Shown one piece after another: positions 56,537-64,000 of a stretch of DNA of 64,000 nucleotides (position 1 is the stretch's first letter; each line of letters starts with the position of its first letter). The translations under genes were made by a program, and so were the position numbers. Below the pieces are notes generated by a model. That model worked only from the letters and a program-made list of their open reading frames with translations, made no database searches and had not been told where the DNA came from. The DNA comes from an uncultured Acidobacteriota bacterium (GTDB lineage Bacteria; Acidobacteriota; Vicinamibacteria; Vicinamibacterales; CAVVIG01): the NCBI GenBank assembly GCA_963761615.1, contig CAVXGU010000003.1:2657336-2721335 (forward strand), given 5' to 3'.

Positions 56537-57361
56537 GTGGGAGCCGCCTCCGAACACTCCAGTATACGTCCGCGGCCACGCCTGACCTTCACCGGCCTCA
56601 TCGGCACGATCTGCATGTTCCCGCTGCGCGCCATCATCGGCGCGTGCGTCGGGCTGCGCATCCACCCGAACGTCCTCACGTTCGTCGGCGTGCTGGTCAA
56701 CGTCCTCGCGGGCTGGTCGCTCGCCGTCGGCCACTTCGTGACGGCCGGCGTGATCATGATCGTCGCCAACATCTTCGACTTCATCGACGGGAAGGTGGCG
56801 TTCCAGCTCCAGCTCCAGTCGGCCTTCGGCGCCTTCTGGGACTCGACGCTCGATCGTTTCTCGGACCTCGCCCTGCTCGTCGGGCTGATCTACCTGTACG
56901 CCTCGCGGGGACGCAGCGACTACGTGCTCATCGCCGCGCTGACGCTGATCTTCTCGATCATGACGAGCTACGCGCGGGCGCGCGCCGAGTCGCTCGTCGA
57001 GAAGTGCAAGGTCGGCTTCATGGAGCGCCCCGAGCGGATCGTCCTCTTCATGATCGGCGCCTTCACGAACCGGATGGCGGGCGTCCTCTGGGTGATCCTG
57101 GTGCTGTCGGTCCTGACGGTCGCGAACCGGATCTACTACACGTACCTGGCGCTCAACCACCTGCCGATGCCGCGGCGCGACGGCCTGGCCGGCCTGCTCT
57201 GGCGCGCGTTCTTCTGGACCGACGAGCGCACGACGATTCCCTACGACATGTGGGTGATCGCGATCCTGGCCTTCGTCTGGCTCGTCCCGCCCGGCTGGCT
57301 CGGCGACCCCATGGCGCATGGCCCGGGCCTCATCGGCCTCCTGCGACGCCTCGCGGGGTGA
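56537..57361 (+). CDS. CDP-alcohol phosphatidyltransferase family protein
   Basis: Polytopic. DFIDGKVAFQLQLQSAFGAFWDSTLDRFSD fits D-G-x2-A-R-x8-G-x3-D-x3-D except that Phe replaces Arg. The start is uncertain (GTG 56537 or ATG 56615). Confidence 0.75.
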   Translation: MGAASEHSSIRPRPRLTFTGLIGTICMFPLRAIIGACVGLRIHPNVLTFVGVLVNVLAGWSLAVGHFVTAGVIMIVANIFDFIDGKVAFQLQLQSAFGAFWDSTLDRFSDLALLVGLIYLYASRGRSDYVLIAALTLIFSIMTSYARARAESLVEKCKVGFMERPERIVLFMIGAFTNRMAGVLWVILVLSVLTVANRIYYTYLALNHLPMPRRDGLAGLLWRAFFWTDERTTIPYDMWVIAILAFVWLVPPGWLGDPMAHGPGLIGLLRRLAG

Positions 57362-57379
57362 GACGCGCCGCGACGGCGG

Positions 57380-58213
57380 CTAGGCTCGCTTGCGCTTCTT
57401 CGCCGCGGGAGCGGCGGTCGCCTTGGCGGGCGTCTTCTTCTCGCGGCTGACGCGGTCGAGGCTCTTGCGCAGGGCGTCCATGAGGTTGACGACCGGCGCC
57501 GGAGCCGCGGCCTCGGGCGCGGTCGCCGCCTCGCCGGCGATCTTCGCGTCGATGATCCGGCGCAGGCCCGCCTGGTACTCGTCGGTGTAGTCGCGCAGGT
57601 TCAGCGGCCCCTCGAACGTCCCGATCACCTGGCGCGCCAGCTTCAGCTCCTCCGGCTTCACCGCGGCCGGTACCGACCCGAGATCCTCGACGTCGTCGAG
57701 GCTCCGGATCTCCGCGGCCTGGTGCAGCGTGTGCATCACGATCCCGCGGCCCGACGCCTTGACCGCGACCAGGTACTCCCGGCCGTAGAGCGCCAGTTTG
57801 CCGATCCCGACCTTCCCCTTCAGGCCCTCGCGCATCACGGCGTAGGCGCTCGCCGCCATCGCACCGTCGGGCGCGAGGTAGTACGAACGGTCCACGTAGA
57901 TCGGATCGACGGCGCCCTCGTCGGCGAACTGCACCAGGTCGATGACCCGGGTGGAGGCGGGTTTGACCTGCTCGAAGTCCTCCTCGGACAGGACCACCCA
58001 CCGGCCCTTCTCGAACTCGTAGCCCTTGACGATCTCCGAGCTCGGGACCTCGGCCTGATGGAACGGGCACCACTTCTTCTGCTGGATCCGCGTCCCGCAC
58101 GTCGCGTGCAGCTGGTTGAAGGAGATCGTCGCACTCGACTCGGTCGCCGGGAACACCTTGATCGGGATGTTCACCAGGCTGATCTTGAGATAGCCCTTCC
58201 AGGTCGGTCGCAT
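57380..58213 (-). CDS. ku: Ku protein (non-homologous end joining)
   Basis: It starts MRPTWKGYLKISLVNIPIKVFPATES, has a Ku core, and has a basic tail KKTPAKATAAPAAKKRKRA. Confidence 0.9.
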   Translation of the reverse strand: MRPTWKGYLKISLVNIPIKVFPATESSATISFNQLHATCGTRIQQKKWCPFHQAEVPSSEIVKGYEFEKGRWVVLSEEDFEQVKPASTRVIDLVQFADEGAVDPIYVDRSYYLAPDGAMAASAYAVMREGLKGKVGIGKLALYGREYLVAVKASGRGIVMHTLHQAAEIRSLDDVEDLGSVPAAVKPEELKLARQVIGTFEGPLNLRDYTDEYQAGLRRIIDAKIAGEAATAPEAAAPAPVVNLMDALRKSLDRVSREKKTPAKATAAPAAKKRKRA

Positions 58214-58246
58214 ACAGTCCTTCCTATCGGCGCGACGCGGGAGGCG

Positions 58247-58807
58247 CTACACGTCCTCGCGCTCGTCGTGCTCCAGCAGGTCGAGCCCCGTCCCGGAGAA
58301 CTGGATGGCGTGCGTCGAGATCTTGTCGCGCAGGACGCGCCGGGCGGCGCCGTACTTGTCGCCGGGCACGACCAGCCGGCGCGCCAGGTGGCGCAGGCGC
58401 GAGATCACGATCAGCGTGGCCTGGTGCTCGCCCTCACGCCACGTCACGCCGCCGACTTCCTCGTAGGGAATGAACGCCTGGTCCGCCCAGATGCCGTCCT
58501 CGTAGAAGCCCCGGCCGATCCGCCGGCCGAGCGGCATCACGTAGGCGTAGTAGAGGAACATCATCGTCTCGCCGAAGACCTGCTCGTGGAGGAAGGCGAG
58601 CTTGTAGAAGGCGAGCAGGCCGAGGGCGATCCCGATGGCCGTCTGCAGGGCGAAGTACGGCGGACGGGGGCCCGGCCAGGTGAGCACCGCGTGCGTGCGC
58701 CGGCGGCGATATCGCTGATACTCGAGCAACAGCCGCGCGTTGACGACGAGGAAGCCCAGACCCAGCAGGAGAAGCGTCGTGGTGATGACGGGCTCCAGCT
58801 CGGACAC
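58247..58807 (-). CDS. membrane protein with cytoplasmic PH-like domain (hypothetical)
   Basis: It has three TM helices followed by GFYEDGIWADQAFIPYEEVGGVTWREGEHQATLIVISR. It lies between efp and ku with 33-nt gaps on each side. Confidence 0.6.
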   Translation of the reverse strand: MSELEPVITTTLLLLGLGFLVVNARLLLEYQRYRRRRTHAVLTWPGPRPPYFALQTAIGIALGLLAFYKLAFLHEQVFGETMMFLYYAYVMPLGRRIGRGFYEDGIWADQAFIPYEEVGGVTWREGEHQATLIVISRLRHLARRLVVPGDKYGAARRVLRDKISTHAIQFSGTGLDLLEHDEREDV

Positions 58808-58840
58808 GGCTCGATTGTAACCGCCGGCCGGCGGGTGGGG

Positions 58841-59395
58841 CTAGGCTCGCGACTGGTACTCGCCGGTGTCCGTGCTGATGCGCACCTTGTCGCCCTCGTT
58901 GACGAACGGCGGCACCTGGACGACGAGCCCGGTCTCGAGGGTCGCGGGCTTGACCTGCGCGCTGGCGGTGGCGCCCTTGATGCCGGGCACGGTCTCCTTG
59001 ACGACCAGATCCACCGTCGCCGGCAGCTCGATCCCGACCGGCTCGGTGCCGTAGAACTCCACCCGAATGACCGCGTCCGGCACGAGATAGTTGACCGACT
59101 CCCCGAGCGCCTCGCTGGAGATGTGCACCTGCTCGAACGTCGTGGTGTCCATGAAGTAGTACAGGTCGCCGTCGTTGTACAGGTACTGCATCTCGTGCTC
59201 GTCGAGGATGGCCCGCTCCACGTCGTCCTCGGCGCGGAACTTCTGATCGGCGAGCGCCGCACTGCGGATGTTCCGCATGCGCGCCTGGATGAATCCCCGC
59301 TTGTTGCCCGGCGTCAGGTGGTTGACCTCGAGCACGCGGAACAGGTCGTCGCCGAGCTTGATGAGATTGCCCTTGCGCAGTCGCGTCGCTTGCAT
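58841..59395 (-). CDS. efp: elongation factor P
   Basis: The ATG at 59395 starts MQATRLRKGNLIKLGDDLFRVLEVNHLTPGNKRGFIQARMRNI. The C-terminal OB domains are present. Confidence 0.92.
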   Translation of the reverse strand: MQATRLRKGNLIKLGDDLFRVLEVNHLTPGNKRGFIQARMRNIRSAALADQKFRAEDDVERAILDEHEMQYLYNDGDLYYFMDTTTFEQVHISSEALGESVNYLVPDAVIRVEFYGTEPVGIELPATVDLVVKETVPGIKGATASAQVKPATLETGLVVQVPPFVNEGDKVRISTDTGEYQSRA

Positions 59396-59498
59396 GGAAG
59401 ACTCGATCCTCGGGAGGTGGAAGCGACAAATCGTAGCACGCCTCATCGACCCCGGCCAATCATGCTACGATCCGCTCGTACCTCTCCCCGAGCGCCGC

Positions 59499-60737
59499 AT
59501 GCGAATTCGCAAGGCCCTCTTCGTCATCGTCATCGCCTTCGTCAGCTTCATGGCGGGTCTCATCGTCACCGGGCGTGTGCGCCTGGCGTCGATGCCGTCC
59601 GCCGGCCCGCCGGCCCCGGCCGAGGCGGCCGCCGCGCCCGCCACGGCCGCACCCGTCGTCGCGGAGACATCCACCGACGCCGCCCCCGCCGCGGAGCCCG
59701 CGACCGCCGTCGGCGGCGGACCCGACTTCACGCACATCGCGGCGCAGGCCGTGCGCGGCGTCGTCAACATCTCGTCGCTCCAGGTCGTCCGCACACAGAA
59801 CACGCCGTTCTCGAACGACCCGTTCTTCAACTACTTCTTCGGCGGCGATCAGTTCTTCGGCGGACGCGACCAGCGCTCGCTGAGCCTCGGCTCCGGCGTC
59901 CTCATCTCGCCCGACGGCTACATCGTCACCAACAACCACGTGGTCGGCGAGAACGAGCAGAAGATCACGGTGACGCTGGGCGACAAGCGGGAGATGGAGG
60001 GCCTCGTCGTCGGCACGGATCCGGCCACGGACATCGCGCTCCTGAAGATCGAGATGAACGGTCTGCCGGTGATCCCCTGGGGCGACTCGAACCAGCTCAA
60101 GATCGGGGAGTGGGTGCTCGCGATCGGGAGCCCCTTCCAGCTGAGCCAGACGGTGACCGCGGGCATCGTGAGCGCCGTCGGACGCAGCAACGTCGGCCTG
60201 GCCAACTACGAGGACTTCATCCAGACCGACGCGGCAATCAACCCCGGCAACTCGGGCGGCGCGCTGATCAACCCGGCCGGCCAGCTGGTCGGCATCAACA
60301 CGGGCATCTTCAGCGAGAGCGGCGGCTATCAGGGCATCGGCTTCGCCGTGCCGAGCAACCTGGCGCGCAAAGTGGTCGACGATCTGCGGCAGTACGGGGA
60401 GGTCCACCGCGGCGCGATCGCGGGCATCGCCTCGATCGACAAACTCACGCCGCAGTGGGCGAGCGAGCTGAACGCCCCGGACACCAGCGGCGCGCTGATC
60501 GTGCGGATGATGCGCAACTCGGACGCCTACAACGCCGGGCTGCGCCCGGGCGACGTGATCGTCGGCTTCAACGGCACCGCGATCGACGACCCGTCACAGT
60601 TCTACCGGTTGATGGCGGACGCGAAGATCGGATCCACGGCGAGGCTGCGCGTCCTGCGCCAGGGACGCCCGCTGGAGGTCACCGTGACGATCGTCTCGAG
60701 CAGCCGGTCGATGTCGACGACGTCGGCGGGGCGCTAG
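59499..60737 (+). CDS. HtrA/DegP-family serine protease with one PDZ domain
   Basis: It has a signal anchor, the catalytic motifs TNNHVV, DIALLK and GNSGGAL, and a PDZ region (GLRPGDVIVGFNG). Confidence 0.9.
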   Translation: MRIRKALFVIVIAFVSFMAGLIVTGRVRLASMPSAGPPAPAEAAAAPATAAPVVAETSTDAAPAAEPATAVGGGPDFTHIAAQAVRGVVNISSLQVVRTQNTPFSNDPFFNYFFGGDQFFGGRDQRSLSLGSGVLISPDGYIVTNNHVVGENEQKITVTLGDKREMEGLVVGTDPATDIALLKIEMNGLPVIPWGDSNQLKIGEWVLAIGSPFQLSQTVTAGIVSAVGRSNVGLANYEDFIQTDAAINPGNSGGALINPAGQLVGINTGIFSESGGYQGIGFAVPSNLARKVVDDLRQYGEVHRGAIAGIASIDKLTPQWASELNAPDTSGALIVRMMRNSDAYNAGLRPGDVIVGFNGTAIDDPSQFYRLMADAKIGSTARLRVLRQGRPLEVTVTIVSSSRSMSTTSAGR

Positions 60738-61975
60738 GCGAGGGCCTGCGCCTTCCGCGACTCCCACCAGGACTCGAATTCCTTGAACGCCCGCCCCAGG
60801 TGGACCGGCGGCGTCACGCGGCCGGTCACGGCCTCCGTCGTCTTGTAGCCGTTCCCCGTCACGCAGACGACGACCGACTCGTCGCGCGGAATCACGCCGC
60901 GCTCGATCAGATCGATCGTGCCGGCGAGCGTCGTCCCACCCGCGGGCTCCGTGAAGATGCCCTCGGTCTCGGCCAGGATCTGAATCGCGTCGACGATCTT
61001 CTCGTCCGGCACGGCCACGCCCGTCCCGCCCGTGGACCGGACGCCCGCCACGGCCTGGTAGCCGTCGGCGGGGTTGCCGATCGCGATCGACTTGGCGATC
61101 GTGTCGGGCCTGACCGGCTCGGGATAGTCCTCGCCCGCGAGGAGCGCGTTGACGACCGGCGCGCAGCCGGCGGCCTGGGCGGCGTGCACCCGCGGCAACT
61201 CGCCATCGACGAGCCCGATCTCGCGCAGCTCGCGGAAGCCCTTGAGGATGCGCGGCAGCAGCGTCCCGCCGGCCACCGGCGAGACGACGTGCTGCGGAAA
61301 CCGCCAGCCGAGCTGCTCGACGATCTCGAAGCCCATCGTCTTGGCCCCTTCGGCGTAGTACGAACGCAGGTTGATGTTGGCGAAGCCCCAGCCGTAGCGG
61401 TCCGCCACCTGCGAGCACAGGCGGTTGACGTCGTCGTAGTTGCCGGAGATGGCCAGGATCGTGGGACGGTAAATCGCCGACCCGAGGAGCTTGCCGGCCT
61501 CGAGGTTGTCGGGGATGAAGACGCAGCAGTCGAGTCCGAGGCGCGCGGCGTGAGCCGACACGCTGTTGGCCAGGTTGCCGGTCGACGCGCACGCGAGCAC
61601 CTCGAACCCGAGCTCGACCGCGCGCGTCGCCGCCACCGACACGACGCGGTCCTTGTAGGACAGCGTCGGATGGTTCACGGAGTCGTCCTTGATGTACAGC
61701 TCTTGGACGCCGAGGCGCGCGGCGAGGCGGGTCGCGCGCACGAGCGGCGTGAAGCCCGAGTGGAAGCCGGTGCGGGGCTCACCGGCGATCGGCAGGAGTT
61801 CCCGGTACCGCCAGAGATTCTCGGGCCGTGCTGCGATGATTTCGCGGGTCAGGTGAATCGCCGAGAAGTCGTAGACCGGCTCGAGCGGACCGAGGCACTT
61901 GTCGCAGACGTACAGCGCCTCCGGCGGGAACCGGGCCTTGCACAGATGACATTCGAGTCCGATGAGCGCGCTCAA
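60734..61975 (-). CDS. threonine synthase family (ThrC-like) PLP enzyme with N-terminal zinc ribbon, SAM-riboswitch controlled
   Basis: A TTG at 61975 with a GGGAGG SD 4 nt upstream is preferred to the GTG at 62026, which lies inside the aptamer. It has ECHLCK...VCDKC (zinc ribbon), HPTLSYKDR (PLP lysine) and ASTGN. Confidence 0.85.
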   Translation of the reverse strand: MSALIGLECHLCKARFPPEALYVCDKCLGPLEPVYDFSAIHLTREIIAARPENLWRYRELLPIAGEPRTGFHSGFTPLVRATRLAARLGVQELYIKDDSVNHPTLSYKDRVVSVAATRAVELGFEVLACASTGNLANSVSAHAARLGLDCCVFIPDNLEAGKLLGSAIYRPTILAISGNYDDVNRLCSQVADRYGWGFANINLRSYYAEGAKTMGFEIVEQLGWRFPQHVVSPVAGGTLLPRILKGFRELREIGLVDGELPRVHAAQAAGCAPVVNALLAGEDYPEPVRPDTIAKSIAIGNPADGYQAVAGVRSTGGTGVAVPDEKIVDAIQILAETEGIFTEPAGGTTLAGTIDLIERGVIPRDESVVVCVTGNGYKTTEAVTGRVTPPVHLGRAFKEFESWWESRKAQALA

Positions 61976-61982
61976 GACGCCT

Positions 61983-62105
61983 CCCTCATCTCTCCTCCGC
62001 TTCAGCGCGAGGGCAGGAATTGGCACCTAACCGCGCTCGAGGATGGGGCTCGCGTGGTTGCCGTGGCGTCGTCGGGCCTGTTCCCTCAGCCACTCTGGAT
62101 AAGAG
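61983..62105 (-). promoter_or_regulatory. SAM-I (S-box) riboswitch aptamer
   Basis: The reverse strand reads CTCTTATCCAGAGTGGCTGAGGGAACAGGCCCGACGACGCCACGGCAACC...GGTGCCAATTCCTGC...GAGAGATGAGGG. This matches the SAM-I core (CUUAUCaAGAG.GG.GAGGGA..GGCCCGA.GA..CC.GGCAACC...GGUGCcAAUUCCUGC...AGAUGAG). Confidence 0.88.
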
Positions 62106-62124
62106 CTATGCAGTTGTCCGCACG

Positions 62125-62153
62125 ACTATATCAAAGCGCCGCCGCCGTCACAA
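62125..62153 (-). promoter_or_regulatory. putative promoter of the riboswitch-ThrC-like transcript
   Basis: The reverse strand reads TTGTGA (62153..62148), a 17-nt spacer, then TATAGT (62130..62125). It lies about 20 nt upstream of P1. Confidence 0.5.
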
Positions 62154-62167
62154 CGCCTCGTATCGAC

Positions 62168-62187
62168 ATATCCACCTGCGTGGATAT
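62168..62187 (-). terminator. 8-bp perfect hairpin abutting the mpg stop codon
   Basis: The sequence is atatccac ctgc gtggatat. There is no U-tract. It could equally be a protein-binding palindrome upstream of the riboswitch promoter. Confidence 0.35.
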
Positions 62188-62798
62188 CATCTGGGCCTGG
62201 AGACGCAGGGATTCCCCGCCACGTACGCGCGCCACGGGTGCTCGGTGCCGACGCGAATCCCGATCCGCGGGCCCCAGGCGATCGACGCCGGCGCGGCGCG
62301 CCGACCCTCGACGAACAGACGGGGGCCCCGCAGATCCAGCCGGTTCTCGGCGAGCGTGATGCCCAGCGCCCTGGTCACGTTGCCCGGGCCGCGACAGAGA
62401 TTGACGTCCTCGATCGGACCGACCGACGCCCGCCTGCCTCGCGCCGGCCGCCTCCGGCGGCGCCGCATGAGGTCCAGGCCCTCGACCGGCTCGAGCGCGC
62501 GGATGAGGACCGCGGCCGGCGAGCCCTCGGGCTCCGTCACGACGTTCACGAGGTAGTGAATCCCGTAATTGAGGTAGACGTACGCCCGACCCGGCGGTCC
62601 GTACAGCGGCGCGTTCCGCGGCGTGGGACCGGGAGCGGCGTGACACGCGGGGTCGCCCTCGCCGATGTACGCCTCCACCTCGACGATCCGCCCGCTGCAC
62701 CGCAGGCATCGGCGCTCGTGAACGAGAAGGGCGCCGAGCAGGTCGGCGGCGACCTCCAGGGTCGGCCGGGCGTAGAAGGCGCGCGGGAGCCGGCTCAT
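62187..62798 (-). CDS. mpg: DNA-3-methyladenine glycosylase (AAG/Mpg family)
   Basis: It has FYARPTLEVAADLLG..L, GRIVEVEAY and GRAYVYLNYGIHYLVNVV. Confidence 0.9.
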   Translation of the reverse strand: MSRLPRAFYARPTLEVAADLLGALLVHERRCLRCSGRIVEVEAYIGEGDPACHAAPGPTPRNAPLYGPPGRAYVYLNYGIHYLVNVVTEPEGSPAAVLIRALEPVEGLDLMRRRRRRPARGRRASVGPIEDVNLCRGPGNVTRALGITLAENRLDLRGPRLFVEGRRAAPASIAWGPRIGIRVGTEHPWRAYVAGNPCVSRPR

Positions 62799-62807
62799 CG
62801 TGTCGGG

Positions 62808-64000
62808 TCAGTGCCCCGACGCGTAGGCGTGTGTGCGCCCTTCCGCGAGCGCCGCCTGCAGGCAGCGGCCGGTGTGCGAGGACTCGACCCGCGCCACCTG
62901 TTCGGGCGTCCCGACGGCGACGATGCGCCCCCCGTCCTCGCCGCCCTCGGGGCCGAGATCGATCACCCGATCCGCGGTCTTGATCACATCGAGGTTGTGC
63001 TCGATGACGAGGAGCGAGTGGCCCGCCTCGAGCAGCTTCCGGAACGCCGTCAGGAGCTTCGCGATGTCGTCGAAGTGCAGTCCGGTCGTCGGCTCGTCGA
63101 GGATGTAGAGCAGTCGCTCGCCGGTGTGCGACGCGAGGTGCGCTGCGATCTTGATCCGCTGGGCTTCCCCGCCCGACAGGGTCGTCGCCGGCTGGCCCAG
63201 CCGCAGGTAGCCGAGGCCAATCTCGTCGAGCACCTGCAGGCGGCGGAGCACCTTCGGCGAGCTGCTGAAGAACGCCAGGGCCTCGCGGACCGTGAGGTCG
63301 AGCACCTGGTGGATCGAGCGGCCGCGGTACCGGACGTCGAGGACCTGCGGCTTGAACCGCTTGCCGTCGCACTGATCGCAGGGCACGAACACGTCCGCGA
63401 GGAACTGCATCTCGACGCGGACCTCCCCCTCCCCCTGGCAGGCCTCGCACCGGCCGCCGGGCACGTTGAACGAGAAGTGGCTCGCCGTCAGACCGCGCGA
63501 CCGTGCGTCCTTGGTCGCGGCGAACAGCTCGCGAATCGGATCGAATGCCTTCAGATAGGTGACCGGATTGGACCGCGGCGTCCGGCCGATGGGCGCCTGA
63601 TCGACGAGCACGGCGTCGGTGATGAGCTCGATGCCCTGCAGGGTGCGGAACGCGCCGACCTTCCGGTCCCATCCCCCCTTGGCCCGCTTCACCGCGGCGT
63701 ACAGGACGTCGTGCACGAGCGTCGACTTGCCCGAGCCGCTCACGCCGGTCACGCACGTGAGGGTGTTGAGGGGAATCTCGACGTCCACGTCCTTGAGGTT
63801 GTGTTCGGACGCCCCGAGGAGGCGCAGGGTCTGTCCCGTGCCGCGACGCCGCGCCGTCGGGATCGGAATCGCGAGCTCCTGGCGCAGGTACTTCGACGTG
63901 AGCGACCGCGTCTCGTGGAGCAGTCCCTCGAGAGGCCCCGCGAATACGACGCGTCCGCCCTGCTCGCCGGCCCCCAGCCCCAGGTCCACGACGTAGTCGG
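62808..64000 (-). CDS. uvrA: excinuclease ABC subunit A, C-terminal part (gene continues past the right edge)
   Basis: It has VTGVSGSGKSTLV (Walker A), a CEACQGEG...CDQCDGKR zinc finger, LSGGEAQR and LYILDEPTTGLH. Confidence 0.93.
   Translation of the reverse strand, partial: DYVVDLGLGAGEQGGRVVFAGPLEGLLHETRSLTSKYLRQELAIPIPTARRRGTGQTLRLLGASEHNLKDVDVEIPLNTLTCVTGVSGSGKSTLVHDVLYAAVKRAKGGWDRKVGAFRTLQGIELITDAVLVDQAPIGRTPRSNPVTYLKAFDPIRELFAATKDARSRGLTASHFSFNVPGGRCEACQGEGEVRVEMQFLADVFVPCDQCDGKRFKPQVLDVRYRGRSIHQVLDLTVREALAFFSSSPKVLRRLQVLDEIGLGYLRLGQPATTLSGGEAQRIKIAAHLASHTGERLLYILDEPTTGLHFDDIAKLLTAFRKLLEAGHSLLVIEHNLDVIKTADRVIDLGPEGGEDGGRIVAVGTPEQVARVESSHTGRCLQAALAEGRTHAYASGH

Noticed and set aside
57380-58213. 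A complete NHEJ system (Ku plus LigD)
   Set aside because: No ligase, polymerase or nuclease domain ORF lies in the flanking region. Only ku is present in this window.
60734-62186. A MetO/ThiS-like sulfur-carrier ORF next to the ThrC-like gene
   Set aside because: There is no small ORF ending in Gly-Gly, and no space for one. The gene's 3' end overlaps the convergent htrA stop, and the riboswitch fills the 5' side.
57722-62359. 1545-aa plus-strand ORF, the longest in the track
   Set aside because: It runs antisense or out of frame across ku, the membrane protein, efp, htrA (in another frame), the ThrC-like gene and mpg, all of which have strong family signatures. Its composition is Arg/Gly/Pro/Ala noise.

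Overview
This is a very GC-rich bacterial chromosomal segment; G+C was not computed. It is most likely Acidobacteriota, because two adjacent proteins show the VWFA-related acidobacterial architecture and there are FecR-like/Trp-rich and TPR exported proteins. I call 60 protein genes, 11 of them on the plus strand. They sit in long co-directional operons with frequent GTGA or TGATG stop/start overlaps (1291-1294, 6000-6003, 25809-25812, 34339-34342, 52950).

The content is core housekeeping:
- aminoacyl-tRNA ligases (argS, valS, trpS)
- a dnaK-dnaJ-hspR heat-shock operon
- cell envelope genes (PBP1A, murJ, lnt, a SPOR protein)
- translation (prfB, efp, rpsA)
- cofactor genes (ribH, coaX, birA, nadC, mobA, hemW)
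- propionate/methylmalonyl-CoA genes (split mutase, meaB, an epimerase fusion, acyl-CoA dehydrogenases)
- chromosome segregation (scpAB)
- DNA repair (uvrC, ku, mpg, uvrA)

I saw no tRNA, rRNA, CRISPR array, transposase, integrase or prophage signal, so this is not an obvious accessory island and I found no clear multi-gene novel system.

The most notable observations are:
1. A well-conserved SAM-I riboswitch whose P1 helix overlaps the Shine-Dalgarno (SD) sequence of a zinc-ribbon ThrC-family gene. This suggests a methionine-branch enzyme rather than a plain threonine synthase.
2. A roughly 100-nt GC-rich repeat element present in about 1.4 tandem copies upstream of ribH. It also appears to be embedded in frame inside uvrC, where it adds about 36-40 low-complexity residues.
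3. A 9-nt tandem motif (GAGAACCNN) that ends at or within about 11 nt of the start codons of prfB and coaX, with a shared 19-mer. A variant precedes a VWFA gene.
4. Apparent +1 frameshifts at G/C homopolymers that split dnaJ and a SPOR-domain gene.
5. The canonical programmed +1 frameshift in prfB.
6. A structured, then extremely C-rich, leader before hemW.

Many very long ORFs in the six-frame track are GC-driven antisense or out-of-frame artefacts and were rejected.
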